The position numbers were made by a program, and so were the translations under genes. Shown here one piece after another: positions 18,693 to 28,986 of a DNA stretch of 64,000 nt. The notes below the pieces were generated by a model, which was not told the DNA's origin, ran no database searches, and worked only from the letters and a program-made list of their open reading frames with translations. How positions within the stretch are numbered: position 1 is the first letter of the stretch; the number at the start of each line of letters is the position of its first letter. Source of the stretch: Phenylobacterium sp. (GTDB taxonomy: Bacteria > Pseudomonadota > Alphaproteobacteria > Caulobacterales > Caulobacteraceae); assembly GCF_035309685.1 (NCBI RefSeq), contig NZ_DATGEX010000007.1, positions 14,643-78,642 on the forward strand, in the 5' to 3' direction.

Positions 18693-19592
18693 GTGAGTAT
18701 CCGTTTCGGGGTCAGCCCGATCGCCTGGGTCAACGACGACATGCCGGAGCTGGGCGGCGAGACGCCGCTCGAGACCATCCTGGCCGACGCCCGCGACATC
18801 GGCTTTGCCGGTGTCGAGCTCGGCGGCAAGTTCCCGCGCGATCCGACGGTGCTGAAGCCGCTCCTCGCCGGCTACGGCCTGGACCTGGTCGGCGGCTGGT
18901 ATTCCGGCGAACTGCTGACCCGCGACGTAGACGCCGAGATCGCCGCGGCGCAGGCCCACCTGACGCTGCTGAAAGCCCTGGGTTCGACCGTCTTCGTACA
19001 CGCCGAGACCAGCAACGCCATCCACGGCCAGCGCACGGTCCCGCTGAGCCAGACGCCGCGTCTCGACGCGGCCGACTGGAAGCTGTTCGGGCCGCGGGTG
19101 ACCGGCTTTGCCGAGTACATCCAGAGCCAGGGCCTGAAGTTCGCCTACCACCATCATCTCGGCACGGTCGTCGAGGGGCCGGACGACCTGGACAGCTTTC
19201 TGCGGGCGACGGGCGCGGCGGTGGGACTGACCCTGGATACGGGTCACGCGGCGCTGGGCGGTGTCGATCCGGTCGCGACGATCCGCGCTCACCCCGAACG
19301 CATCGCCCATGTGCACTGCAAGGATGTCCGAACCAGCGTGTTCAGCGGCGTGAAGGCGGCGGGCAGCAGCTTCCTGGACGGGGTCCTGGCCGGCATGTTC
19401 ACGGTCCCCGGGGACGGCGCGCTGGACTATGGCGCGGTGATGCGCGCCTTGGCCGACATCGGCTACGCCGGCTGGATCATCATCGAGGCGGAGCAGGACC
19501 CGGCGATCTACGATCCGCGCAAATATGCCGAGCTGGGCCTCGCGACCCTGGAGCGCGAAGCCGCCGCCGCCGGTTTGAAGAAGGCCGCCTGA
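18693..19592 (+). CDS. iolE: myo-inosose-2 dehydratase (xylose-isomerase-like TIM barrel)
   Basis: N-terminus SIRFGVSPIAWVNDDMPELGG is typical of IolE. GTG start 2 nt after the iolD stop. Confidence 0.85.
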   Translation: MSIRFGVSPIAWVNDDMPELGGETPLETILADARDIGFAGVELGGKFPRDPTVLKPLLAGYGLDLVGGWYSGELLTRDVDAEIAAAQAHLTLLKALGSTVFVHAETSNAIHGQRTVPLSQTPRLDAADWKLFGPRVTGFAEYIQSQGLKFAYHHHLGTVVEGPDDLDSFLRATGAAVGLTLDTGHAALGGVDPVATIRAHPERIAHVHCKDVRTSVFSGVKAAGSSFLDGVLAGMFTVPGDGALDYGAVMRALADIGYAGWIIIEAEQDPAIYDPRKYAELGLATLEREAAAAGLKKAA

Positions 19593-19593
19593 G

Positions 19594-20400
19594 ATGACCG
19601 ACCTGCTGGTCCGCAAGCACGCCCCCGACGCTGACGGCGTCGTGCTGGAAGTGACGCCCAAGAGCGCCGGCTGGGACCACGTGGGCTTCAAGGTGATCGA
19701 ACTGGCGGCCGGCCAGACCGCGACCGGCGGCGAGGCCAGGCGAGAAGCCTGTCTGGTGCTGCTGAGCGGGGCGGCGGACATCAGCGTCGGCGGCCAGACC
19801 TTCGCAGGGCTCGGCGGCCGCGCCAGCGTGTTCGAGGATCGGGCGCCAGCCGCGGTCTACGCTCCGGGCGGCGCGGCCTGGACCGTGACGGCGGCGAGCC
19901 CGGTCGAGCTTGCCGTCTGCACCGCGCCCGCCGCCGGCGCCGGCGCCCCTCGCGAGATCGCCGCCGAGGCCATGAGCCGCGAGGTGCGCGGGTCGGGGAC
20001 CAACACGCGGCATGTGCGCAATATCCTGCCGGAGACCGAGCCCGCGGAGAGCCTGCTGGTCGTGGAGGTGATCACGCCGGGCGGCAACTGGTCGAGCTAT
20101 CCGCCGCACAAGCACGACACCGCCACGGCCGGCGAGGAGACGGCGCTGGAAGAGACCTACTATCATCGTCTCAACCCGCCGCAGGGCTTCGCCTTCCAAA
20201 GAGTGTACACGGACGACCGCAGTCTGGATCAGACCATGGCGGTGGAGGATGGCGACGTGGTGATGGTGCCGCGAGGTTACCATCCGGTCGGCGCGCCGCA
20301 CGGCTACGATCTCTACTACCTGAACGTCATGGCCGGCCCGAAGCGGCAGTGGATCTTCCGCAACGACCCCGCCCACGACTGGATCATGCGCAAACCCTAG
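19594..20400 (+). CDS. iolB: 5-deoxy-glucuronate isomerase
   Basis: Cupin motif [13 protein letters not shown]. Starts 1 nt after iolE. Confidence 0.85.
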   Translation: MTDLLVRKHAPDADGVVLEVTPKSAGWDHVGFKVIELAAGQTATGGEARREACLVLLSGAADISVGGQTFAGLGGRASVFEDRAPAAVYAPGGAAWTVTAASPVELAVCTAPAAGAGAPREIAAEAMSREVRGSGTNTRHVRNILPETEPAESLLVVEVITPGGNWSSYPPHKHDTATAGEETALEETYYHRLNPPQGFAFQRVYTDDRSLDQTMAVEDGDVVMVPRGYHPVGAPHGYDLYYLNVMAGPKRQWIFRNDPAHDWIMRKP

Positions 20401-21893
20401 CCTTCGTCGTCGGCGTCCAGCCAGGCCATGGTCCGCTGCACGGCCTTCTTCCACTTGCGGTAGTGGCGGTTGCGTTCGTCGGCGGCCATGGCCGGGGTCC
20501 ATTCGGCGGACTTCTTCCAGTTGGCGCGCAGGCTCTCGATGTCGGGCCAATACCCTACGGCTAACCCAGCAGCATACGCTGCGCCCAGGCAGGTGGTCTC
20601 CGGCACCACGGGCCGCACCACCGGCACGCCCAGCACGTCGGCCTGGAACTGCATGAGGAGCTCGTTGGCGGTCATACCGCCGTCGACCTTCAGGGTGGTC
20701 AGCGCCACGCCGGAATCGGCGCTCATGGCGTCGACGACCTCGCGGGTCTGCCAGGCCGTGGCTTCCAGCACCGCGCGGGCGATGTGGCCCTTGGTGATGT
20801 AGCCGGTGAGGCCGGCGATGACGCCGCGGGCGTCCGACTGCCAATAGGGCGCGAAGAGGCCGGAGAAAGCCGGCACGAAATAGCAGCCGCCGTTGTCCTC
20901 GACCGTGCGGGCGAGCGCCTCGATGTCGGAGGCCTTGTCGATCAAGCCCAGGTTGTCGCGGACCCACTGCACGAGCGAGCCGGTGACCGCGATCGAACCC
21001 TCCAGCGCGTAGACCGCCGGCTGGTCGCCGATCTTGTAGCCGACGGTGGTGAGCAGGCCGTTCTTCGAGTGCACCAGCTTGCCGCCGGTGTTGACCAGCA
21101 GGAAGCTGCCGGTGCCGTAGGTGTTCTTGCCTTCGCCGGGCGCGAAACAGGTCTGGCCGAACAGCGCCGCCTGCTGGTCGCCCAACGCCGAGGCCACCGG
21201 CACGCCGGCCAGGTCGCCAGACGCCTCGCCATAGACCTCCGACGACGGCCGGATTTCCGGCAGCATGGCGCGCGGCACGCCGATGGCGGCGAGCAGGCTG
21301 TCGTCCCAGTCCAGGGTCTTCAGGCTCATCAGCATGGTGCGGCTGGCGTTGGTCACGTCGGTGACGTGGCGCCCGGTCAACTTCCAGATGATCCAGCTGT
21401 CCATGGTGCCGAACAGCACCTCGCCGGCCTCGGCGCGCGCGCGCAGGCCGTCCACATGGTCCAGCAGCCAGCGGACCTTCGGGCCCGAGAAATAGGTCGC
21501 GAGCGGCAGGCCGCAGAGGTCGCGGAAGCGGTCCTGGCCGCGCGCCCCACCGAGCTCGCGGACCAGGCGGTCGGTGCGGGTGTCCTGCCACACGATCGCG
21601 TTGTGAACCGGCTTGCCGGTCGCCTTGTCCCAGAGGACCGTGGTCTCGCGCTGGTTGGTGATGCCGACGGCGGCCAGGTCCTTGGCCGTGATTTTCAACT
21701 TGGCGAGCGCGCCCTTCACCACCGCCTGGACGTTGGTCCAGATCTCCTCGGCGTCGTGCTCGACCCAGCCGGGCCTTGGGAAGATCTGCCGATGCTCCTT
21801 CTGGTCCACCGCGACGATCGCGCCGTCATGGTCAAAGACGATGCAGCGCGAGGAGGTCGTGCCCTGGTCGATGGCGGCGATGTAGCGGGTCAT
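20397..21893 (-). CDS. glpK: glycerol kinase
   Basis: [21 protein letters not shown] and full-length FGGY-family similarity. Confidence 0.93.
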   Translation of the reverse strand: MTRYIAAIDQGTTSSRCIVFDHDGAIVAVDQKEHRQIFPRPGWVEHDAEEIWTNVQAVVKGALAKLKITAKDLAAVGITNQRETTVLWDKATGKPVHNAIVWQDTRTDRLVRELGGARGQDRFRDLCGLPLATYFSGPKVRWLLDHVDGLRARAEAGEVLFGTMDSWIIWKLTGRHVTDVTNASRTMLMSLKTLDWDDSLLAAIGVPRAMLPEIRPSSEVYGEASGDLAGVPVASALGDQQAALFGQTCFAPGEGKNTYGTGSFLLVNTGGKLVHSKNGLLTTVGYKIGDQPAVYALEGSIAVTGSLVQWVRDNLGLIDKASDIEALARTVEDNGGCYFVPAFSGLFAPYWQSDARGVIAGLTGYITKGHIARAVLEATAWQTREVVDAMSADSGVALTTLKVDGGMTANELLMQFQADVLGVPVVRPVVPETTCLGAAYAAGLAVGYWPDIESLRANWKKSAEWTPAMAADERNRHYRKWKKAVQRTMAWLDADDEG

Positions 21894-21951
21894 GGCGCGT
21901 CCGGTCAGCGAAGCGGGACGGAATCTCTACAGCAGCTCAAGCGGCCCCGCA

Positions 21952-23157
21952 TCAGAAGGCGATCAGGAACCGCGCGCCCTCATCCGACGGCTCCAGCAAG
22001 AGCTGCCCGCCCTGGCTGACGATGGCCTGGCGCGCGAGGCTGAGCCCGATGCCGGCGCCCTCCGGCTTGGTGGTGAAGAACGGGCGGAAGACGTCGGCGG
22101 CCTGGTCGTCGGGCACCCCTAGGCCATTGTCCTCGACCGAGATGGCCGCGCCATCGCCGGAGGCGTGGGCCGACAGCCGGACGGTGGGCGTCGCGGCCTT
22201 GCCGGCCAGCGCGGCTTCGGCGGCGTTGGTCATCAGGCCCAGGAGCGCCTGGGCGGTGAGGTGCGGGTCGATGCGGATCAGGATGTCCGGTTTGGGCCGG
22301 GTGAGGTCGAGGCGCACGCCGAGCGGCGCCCAGCGGGTCTCGAAGAGCTGCCCCGCCTCGTTCATGAGGTCGGTCAGGCTGACCCGGCGCGGGGCCGGGG
22401 CGGGCAGGCGCGCGAGGCGGCGATAGGCCTCGACAAAGCGGTGCAGCCCCTCGGCGCGGCGCGCGATCACCTCGACGGACTGGCGCACCACCGGCAGGTC
22501 GGCGGGGTCCTCGTCGGCCAGCGCCTCGGCGGCGCTTTGGGCGAGGGAGGCGAGCGGCGTCAGCGAGTTCATCAGCTCGTGGCTCAGCACCTGCAGCAGT
22601 TCGCGAAGCGCCGCGGCTTCGGCGGCCTGGATTTCGGCCTCGATGTCAGTGAGGGCCGCCAGCCGCAGCGCGCCGCCCGCGCCCACCACGTCGGCCACCG
22701 AGATGGCGTAGGTCCGCGCCACGCCGCCTTCGGTCAGGCGCACCGTGCGCCGGCTGTCGGCCGAGCCTTCCAGGGCCGCGGCCACCAGCTCGGCGGCCGG
22801 CCCGGTGAGCACGTCGTCGGTGCGGAACAGGCGGCGCGCCGCGCGGTTGACCGCGTTGGCGGGCTCGCCGCGCCGCCAGGTGACCAAGGGCGTCGGGGCC
22901 TGGTCAAGGAAGGCCTGTAGAGTGCGCCGCGCTCGCTCGCGGTCGAGGTTCTCGGTGGGGATCTCGGGTTCGGGCTTGCCGGCGTCGTCGGGGCCGCCGA
23001 CCCGGCCCGCCAGCCAGACCGCGGCCGCCGCGCCTGCGATGGCGAACAGCAGGGCGTTGGCCGGCAGCGTCGCGCGCCAGGCGAGGATCGCCACGGCGCC
23101 GCAGCCGAACACGATGGCCTGGGCGAAGAGGCCGGTCCAGAAGCGCCTAGAGCCCAT
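21952..23157 (-). CDS. sensor histidine kinase (two N-terminal TM segments, HisKA + HATPase_c)
   Basis: H-box SHELMNSLTPL. G-boxes DNGLGVP and FFTTKPEGAGIGLSLA. Overlaps the upstream regulator gene by 11 nt. Confidence 0.85.
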   Translation of the reverse strand: MGSRRFWTGLFAQAIVFGCGAVAILAWRATLPANALLFAIAGAAAAVWLAGRVGGPDDAGKPEPEIPTENLDRERARRTLQAFLDQAPTPLVTWRRGEPANAVNRAARRLFRTDDVLTGPAAELVAAALEGSADSRRTVRLTEGGVARTYAISVADVVGAGGALRLAALTDIEAEIQAAEAAALRELLQVLSHELMNSLTPLASLAQSAAEALADEDPADLPVVRQSVEVIARRAEGLHRFVEAYRRLARLPAPAPRRVSLTDLMNEAGQLFETRWAPLGVRLDLTRPKPDILIRIDPHLTAQALLGLMTNAAEAALAGKAATPTVRLSAHASGDGAAISVEDNGLGVPDDQAADVFRPFFTTKPEGAGIGLSLARQAIVSQGGQLLLEPSDEGARFLIAF

Positions 23158-24409
23158 GCTTGACCATGCGCCGATAGAGCGCCGCGCGCGTCAGGCCCAG
23201 GTCGCGGGCCGCCTGGCTGACGTTGTGGCCGTGCCGCTTGAGCGCCGCTTCGACCATGGAACGCTCGGAGCGGGAGAGGTTGAAGTCGGGGGCTCCGGTG
23301 GGGCGTTCGGCGCCGGACGCGGGGGCTGCGAAGTCGGCGGCGGTGAGGACGTCGCTCTCGGAGAGGACCACGGCGCGTTCGGCGGCCTGGCGCAGGCCGC
23401 GGACCTGGCCGGGCGGCGGCTGGACGCGCAGCATCTCCACAGCCGAGGTGTCGAGTGGCTTGGGCGGACGGTCATAGCGGCGGGCGAACAGGCGGACGAA
23501 ATGCTCCAGCAGCAGGGTCAGGTCGTCGCCGCGCGCCGCGAGGGTGGGGAGCGCGATCTCGACGGTGTTCAGCCGGCCCAGCAGGTCGTCGCGCAGCCGG
23601 ATCAGGCCCTCGCCGCCGCGCCGGGTGGCGGAGACGAGCCGCAGGTCGGGACCGGCGTCCAGCACCGCCAGCAGCCTGGCCTGGGCCGGGGTGGAGAGGT
23701 CGGCCACCTCGTCGAGGAACAGGGTGCCGCCGCGGGCCTCCAGCGCGGCCTCGCCGACCGCGTCTGCGGCGTCTTCGCCGAGGCCGCGGACGTCGATGCG
23801 GACGAAGGCGCCGGCGCGGCCGGAGCGGGCGTGCAGCAGGCGGGCGACCAGGTCCTTGCCCGTGCCGGCCTCGCCATGGATCAGCACCGCGGCGCCGGTG
23901 GGCGCGGCGCGGGCGACCAGGTCGCGGACCCGCTTCATCGGCGGGCTGTCACCGACCAGCAGCAGGTCGTCGTCGAGCGCGGGCGTGTCGTCGCCGCCGC
24001 TGCGGCGGCGGAGCGCGGCGGCCGCGCGGACGGTCTCCAGGAAGCGCGGATTGTTCCAGGGCTTCATGACGAAGTCGCTGGCGCCGGCCTTCATGGCGGC
24101 GACGGCGATGTTGATGCCGCTGTGGCCGGTGACCACCACGACGACCGCGTCGGGGTCGTGGGCGCGAATCTCCGCCAGCCACGCGAAGCCCTCGGCCCCC
24201 GACGTCGCGCCGCGGGCGAAGTTGAGGTCGAGCAGGATCACGTCGATCGGCTCGGCCGCCAGCACGCTCCAGGCCTCCGCCGGGCTGCGGGCGACGAAGA
24301 AGCGGAAGCCGTTCCGCTCCAGCAATACCTGGGCCGAGGTCAGGACGTCCGGGTCGTCGTCGACGAACAGGACGCTGGCGCCGGTTTCACTTGACAGACC
24401 CTCGACCAT
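23147..24409 (-). CDS. NtrC-family response regulator (REC + shortened AAA+ + Fis-type HTH) lacking the GAFTGA loop
   Basis: REC domain (VLFVDDDPDVL ... ILLDLNF). Walker A GEAGTGKD and Walker B GGTLFLDEV. C-terminal HTH NVSQAARDLGLTRAALYRRMVKHGL. Only ~40 aa separate Walker A from Walker B and no GAFTGA is present. Confidence 0.85.
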   Translation of the reverse strand: MVEGLSSETGASVLFVDDDPDVLTSAQVLLERNGFRFFVARSPAEAWSVLAAEPIDVILLDLNFARGATSGAEGFAWLAEIRAHDPDAVVVVVTGHSGINIAVAAMKAGASDFVMKPWNNPRFLETVRAAAALRRRSGGDDTPALDDDLLLVGDSPPMKRVRDLVARAAPTGAAVLIHGEAGTGKDLVARLLHARSGRAGAFVRIDVRGLGEDAADAVGEAALEARGGTLFLDEVADLSTPAQARLLAVLDAGPDLRLVSATRRGGEGLIRLRDDLLGRLNTVEIALPTLAARGDDLTLLLEHFVRLFARRYDRPPKPLDTSAVEMLRVQPPPGQVRGLRQAAERAVVLSESDVLTAADFAAPASGAERPTGAPDFNLSRSERSMVEAALKRHGHNVSQAARDLGLTRAALYRRMVKHGL

Positions 24410-24541
24410 GTCCGGAAACGAACACCTCGTCCGAAAGCGGGCGAACGCCGCGCAGCCACGCGAGAAACCCCAATAAAAACGGTGACTTAGTTTACGGCCA
24501 AGCCGGGGTTACGCTGACCGCGAACCTTGCATTCCAGGCCC

Positions 24542-25837
24542 ATGACGTCCAGTTCCGAAGTCTCCTACCTGCACACCGCCGCCGAGAGCATGGACCGGGT
24601 GATCGGCAAGCCCGGGCGCCGGCGCTGGCCGCTGCTGGCGGCGATCGGCGTGGCGCTGATCGCCATCGTGGCGCTGATCGTCTGGCTGCTGCCCGGCGCC
24701 AACTCCATCGCAGTGAAGGCCAGCGAGACGCAGATCGCGCAGGTGCGGCGCGAGCCCTTCCAGGACTATGTGCCGGTCCGCGCCGAGGTCGCGCCGCTGA
24801 CCACCCAGTTCGTCACCGCCATCGAGGGCGGCCAGGTGAGCCAGGTCCTGGTGCTGGACGGCTCGGAGGTGGCGGCCGGGACACCGATCGCGCGCCTGAC
24901 CAACCCGCAACTGCGCCTGGCGGTGGTGGCGCAGGAGGCGGAAATCTCCGGCAAGCTCGGCGACGTCAGCGCCCAGCAGCTGGCCCTGCAGAAGGCCCAG
25001 TCGGACCGCGAGCGCGACCTGGCCCAGGCGACCTACGAGCTGCAGAAGGCGCGCCATGAGCTCGATCGCCGCCAAACCCTGCACGATGGCGGCTTCGACT
25101 CCGATGTGGCGCTGCAGACGGCGCGGGACGACGCGGCCTACAACCAGTCCCGCGTGGCGGCGCTGCAGGCCAACAATGGCCGCGAAACGGCGCTGGGCGC
25201 GGCGCAGGCCGGCCAGGTGCGGGCGCTCTCCGCGCGGCTGAACGACAACCTGACCGCGGTGCAGGCGAGCCTGGACGCGCTGACCATCAAGGCCCCGATG
25301 AAGGGCCGCCTGACCAACTTCCTGCTGCAGCCCGGCCAGCCGCTGAAGGCCGGCGACAGCGTCGGCCAGGTGGATTCCGAGGGCGCCTACAAGCTCACCG
25401 CCGAGCTCGACGAGTTCTACCTGGGCCGCGTCGCGGTCGGGCAGTCGGCCAGCGCCGACATCGACGGCCACGCCGTGCCAGTGAAGGTCGCCCGCGTCCT
25501 GCCGCAGGTCACCCAGGGGCATTTCCATGTGGAGCTGGCGTTCCAGGGATCGATGCCCGCAACGCTTCGCCGCGGCCAGAGCCTGGATGTGCGCCTGATC
25601 CTGGGCGACACCCGGCCCGCGCTCGTGCTGCCCAACGAGGCCTGGCTGGAAGGCTCCGGCGGGTCCTTCGCCTTCGTGGTCCGCCCCGATGGCCACACGG
25701 CCGACCGCCGCGCCATCACCGTGCGCCGCCGCAATCCGCAGCAGGTGGAGGTGGCGTCCGGCCTCTCGCCCGGCGAGCGGGTGGTGGTCTCCTCCTATGC
25801 CGGGCTCGCTCCCTACGCCCACCTCATCCTTCGCTGA
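24542..25837 (+). CDS. efflux periplasmic adaptor subunit (HlyD/MacA family)
   Basis: Single N-terminal TM (WPLLAAIGVALIAIVALIVWLL), a coiled-coil-like Q/A/L-rich middle and beta-barrel C-terminal domains. ATG at 24542 (the ORF-track start at 24527 is TTG). Confidence 0.8.
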   Translation: MTSSSEVSYLHTAAESMDRVIGKPGRRRWPLLAAIGVALIAIVALIVWLLPGANSIAVKASETQIAQVRREPFQDYVPVRAEVAPLTTQFVTAIEGGQVSQVLVLDGSEVAAGTPIARLTNPQLRLAVVAQEAEISGKLGDVSAQQLALQKAQSDRERDLAQATYELQKARHELDRRQTLHDGGFDSDVALQTARDDAAYNQSRVAALQANNGRETALGAAQAGQVRALSARLNDNLTAVQASLDALTIKAPMKGRLTNFLLQPGQPLKAGDSVGQVDSEGAYKLTAELDEFYLGRVAVGQSASADIDGHAVPVKVARVLPQVTQGHFHVELAFQGSMPATLRRGQSLDVRLILGDTRPALVLPNEAWLEGSGGSFAFVVRPDGHTADRRAITVRRRNPQQVEVASGLSPGERVVVSSYAGLAPYAHLILR

Positions 25838-25847
25838 GAGACGCCTC

Positions 25848-26528
25848 ATGATCGTGCTCGCCGACATCAACCGCCTGTTCCGCTCAGACGAGGTCGAGAC
25901 CACGGCGCTGCGGTCCATCGACCTTTCCATCGAGGAGGGCGAGTTCGTGGCGATCATGGGCCCGTCGGGCTGCGGCAAGTCCACGCTCTTGAACACGCTG
26001 GGCATGATCGACCGGCCGACCAGCGGCCGCTACCTGTTCCGCGGCCAGGAGGTTACCGACCTGGAGGAAGCGCAGCTCGCCCGCATGCGGCGCGACAACC
26101 TGGGCTTCGTGTTCCAGAGCTTCAACCTGATCGACGAGCTGACCATCGCCGAGAACGTCGAGCTGGGGCTGGTCTACCGCCGCTGGGCCGGCAAGGACCG
26201 CAAGGCGCGCGTCGAGGCGGCCCTGGACCGCGTCGGCGTCGCCCACCGCGCCCGGCACTATCCGCACCAGCTCTCCGGCGGCCAGCAGCAGCGCGCGGCG
26301 ATCGCCCGCGCCATCGTCGGCCAGCCCTCGCTGATCCTCGCCGACGAGCCCACCGGCAACCTCGACAGCGAGAACGGCGAGCAGGTGATGGAGATCCTGA
26401 AAAGCCTGAACCGCGAGGGCGCGACCATCGTCATGGTCACCCACTCGCCGCGCCACGCCGACATCGCCCAGCGGCGCATCGACATGCTGGACGGCCGCAT
26501 CGTCATCTCCGCCAGCCGCGCCGCCTGA
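25848..26528 (+). CDS. ABC transporter ATP-binding protein (MacB/LolD-type)
   Basis: Walker A GPSGCGKST, signature LSGGQQQR, Walker B LILADEPT. Confidence 0.92.
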   Translation: MIVLADINRLFRSDEVETTALRSIDLSIEEGEFVAIMGPSGCGKSTLLNTLGMIDRPTSGRYLFRGQEVTDLEEAQLARMRRDNLGFVFQSFNLIDELTIAENVELGLVYRRWAGKDRKARVEAALDRVGVAHRARHYPHQLSGGQQQRAAIARAIVGQPSLILADEPTGNLDSENGEQVMEILKSLNREGATIVMVTHSPRHADIAQRRIDMLDGRIVISASRAA

Positions 26529-26536
26529 GGCCGGGC

Positions 26537-28942
26537 ATGTTCGCCCACTGGCTCCTGACGTTCTACCGCTCCGTCGCACGGCACAGGCTCTACGCGGCGA
26601 TCAATGTCCTGGGCCTGGCGCTGGGCGTGGCGGTGTTCCTCGTGCTGATGCTGGTGGTGCATTTCGAGACCAGCTTCGAGGCCTGGATCCCGCACGCGGA
26701 CCAGATCTACGTGGTCCAGAGCAAAGACTTTGTCGTGGGAGGGTGGGACTCCAGTACGAAGGGCGCGCTTCTGGACGAGCTTCAGGGCGACTACCCGCAG
26801 ATTGTGGGGACCCGCGCCAACGGCGATCTGGCCACCGTCCGGCAAGGCGCCACGATCACGCCGGAGCACGTGACGTGGGTGGACTCGAGCTTCTTCAAGG
26901 TTTTCGACCTGCCCTTGATCGCCGGCGACCGGACCCTGGCGCTTCGGGCGCCCGACGAGATGGTGATCGCGCAGAGCAAGGCGCGAAGGTACTTCGGCGC
27001 CGCCAATCCCATCGGCCAGCGGTTGACGCTCAGCCTCGACAAGAAGGTGCGGACCTACCGCGTCGTGGGCGTGATCAAAGACCCGCCGCCGACGACCGAC
27101 TTCATGTTCGACTTCCTGGTTCGCATGGAGCAGCCGACGCCGGATGAGATTCCCCGATGGCGTTGCTGGTGCCGCAGGAGCGCCTCAACCTATCTTCGGT
27201 TCGCGACGCCGGGCGCGGCCAAGGCGCTGGACGAGGGCTTCGAGAGCTTCATCGATCGGCACTACGCACCCTCAAGCGAAAACCCGCCGCGCAAGGTCCT
27301 CGCCCTTCGCCTGACGCCCCTGCGCCATCTGCACCTGATCGTCCCGCCCGCCGGGGCGATTGTCGCCGCCATCGCCGCGGTGGCGGCGCTGACCCTGCTG
27401 CTGGCGGCTGTGAACTACGTGAACCTCGCGACCGCGCGGGCCTCGATGCGGGCCAAGGAGGTGGCGCTGCGCAAGGTGATGGGCGCCACACGGCGCGGGC
27501 TGATCGCCCAGTTCGTGGGCGAGTCGGTGGTAGTGGCCCTCTGCGGCGCCTTGATGGGCTTGGCCCTCTGTGAGCTGGTGCTGCCGCTGTTCAGCGCGGC
27601 CATCGGAGTCACCCTCAAACTCGACTATCTCGGCGACCCCTGGCTCGCCGGAATGATGGCGTTCGTGGTCCTGGTGGTGGGCGTCGGCGCGGGAGTTTAC
27701 CCGGCCTTCGTCCTGTCGCGCTTCCAGCCGGCCAGCGTGCTTGTCTCCGCGCGCTCGCCCGGCGGCGGACGGGTGGGCTCGCGGCTGCGCGAGGCCCTGG
27801 TGATCCTGCAATTCGCCATCGCCATCGCCTTCACCATCGGCATGGCGGTGATCGTCAGCCAGGCCGCCTATCTGCATCGCGCCGACCTGGGCTTCCGGCG
27901 GCAAGGCCTGATCCAGGTGGATTCCTTTCCGCACGAGGACCTCACCCCCGAACAGCGCGCCAGCCTGCTGACCGCTTGGCGCGCGGAGCCCGGCGTGGTC
28001 GCCGCGGGGCAGGCGAACAACGCGCCCGGCTACAATTTCCGCCTGATGAATACGTTCAAGCGCGCGGGCGCGCCCGGCCATGGGCCGATCATCGACACCG
28101 TCGCGATCGGGCCGAACTTCCTGCAGACCTATGGCGCGCGGCTGCTGGCCGGGCGGCTGCCTGATCCCAGCCGGGCCGCCGACTTCTCCGTCTCGCCGGA
28201 CGACGGGGCCAGCATCAACATCGTGCTCAACGCCCGCGCCGTGCAGGTGCTGGGGTTCGCAAGGCCACGTGACGCCGTCGGCCAGAGCCTAGAGGGGGGG
28301 ACCAAGCCCTTCACTGTCATCGGGGTGGTCAGCGACATGCGGTTCAGGTCGCCCCATGAGAAGCTCGCGCCGATCATCTATCTGGCGTTCTCGGGCCCCA
28401 TCGACGGCGCGGAGGCGGCGGTCCGTTACGCCGGCGTCGACAGCGACGCCCTGATGCCGCGGCTGGCGGCCGACTGGCGGCGCATCGTGCCCACCGAGCC
28501 GTTCCTGGCCAAGACCATGGCGGCCGAGCTCGAGCCCTACTACCGGACCGACGAGCAGATCAGCCGCATGCTGACCCTGGCCGCCGTCCTGGCGGTGGCG
28601 ATCGGCTGCATCGGCCTCTATGGCCTGGCCTCGTTCAACACGGCCCAGCGGGTCAAGGAGATCGGCATCCGCAAGACGCTGGGCGCCTCGACAGCGGATA
28701 TATTGCGCCTGCTGATGGGCCAGTTCCTGCGGCCGGTGGTGCTGGCCAATCTGGCGGCGTGGCCGCTAGCCTATGTGGCGCTCAGCGCCTATCTGGTCGG
28801 CTTCGACCAGCGGGTGGCGCTGACACCGGCCTATTTCCTCATCGCCTCGGCCATGACGCTGCTGATCGCGGTGGCGACCGTCGCGGCCCAGGCGCTGTTC
28901 GTCGCCCGCGCGCCGCCGTCCAAGGCGCTTCGCCATGAGTAG
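26537..28942 (+). CDS. ABC transporter permease with duplicated FtsX/MacB-type domains (801 aa)
   Basis: N-terminal TM followed by a large periplasmic domain, twice. C-terminal VKEIGIRKTLGASTADILRLL FtsX motif. Confidence 0.85.
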   Translation: MFAHWLLTFYRSVARHRLYAAINVLGLALGVAVFLVLMLVVHFETSFEAWIPHADQIYVVQSKDFVVGGWDSSTKGALLDELQGDYPQIVGTRANGDLATVRQGATITPEHVTWVDSSFFKVFDLPLIAGDRTLALRAPDEMVIAQSKARRYFGAANPIGQRLTLSLDKKVRTYRVVGVIKDPPPTTDFMFDFLVRMEQPTPDEIPRWRCWCRRSASTYLRFATPGAAKALDEGFESFIDRHYAPSSENPPRKVLALRLTPLRHLHLIVPPAGAIVAAIAAVAALTLLLAAVNYVNLATARASMRAKEVALRKVMGATRRGLIAQFVGESVVVALCGALMGLALCELVLPLFSAAIGVTLKLDYLGDPWLAGMMAFVVLVVGVGAGVYPAFVLSRFQPASVLVSARSPGGGRVGSRLREALVILQFAIAIAFTIGMAVIVSQAAYLHRADLGFRRQGLIQVDSFPHEDLTPEQRASLLTAWRAEPGVVAAGQANNAPGYNFRLMNTFKRAGAPGHGPIIDTVAIGPNFLQTYGARLLAGRLPDPSRAADFSVSPDDGASINIVLNARAVQVLGFARPRDAVGQSLEGGTKPFTVIGVVSDMRFRSPHEKLAPIIYLAFSGPIDGAEAAVRYAGVDSDALMPRLAADWRRIVPTEPFLAKTMAAELEPYYRTDEQISRMLTLAAVLAVAIGCIGLYGLASFNTAQRVKEIGIRKTLGASTADILRLLMGQFLRPVVLANLAAWPLAYVALSAYLVGFDQRVALTPAYFLIASAMTLLIAVATVAAQALFVARAPPSKALRHE

Positions 28943-28986
28943 CGCGCCCGCATCCCCCATCCGCAATCCACGCCGAGAGCATCGCC

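Noticed and set aside
24500-24541. Possible sigma-54 (-24/-12) promoter, ...CTGACCGCGAACCTTGCA..., upstream of the adaptor gene next to the NtrC-like regulator.
   Set aside because: The TTGCA element is present, but there is no GG at the required -24 spacing (the register gives GAC instead of TGG). The neighbouring regulator also lacks GAFTGA.
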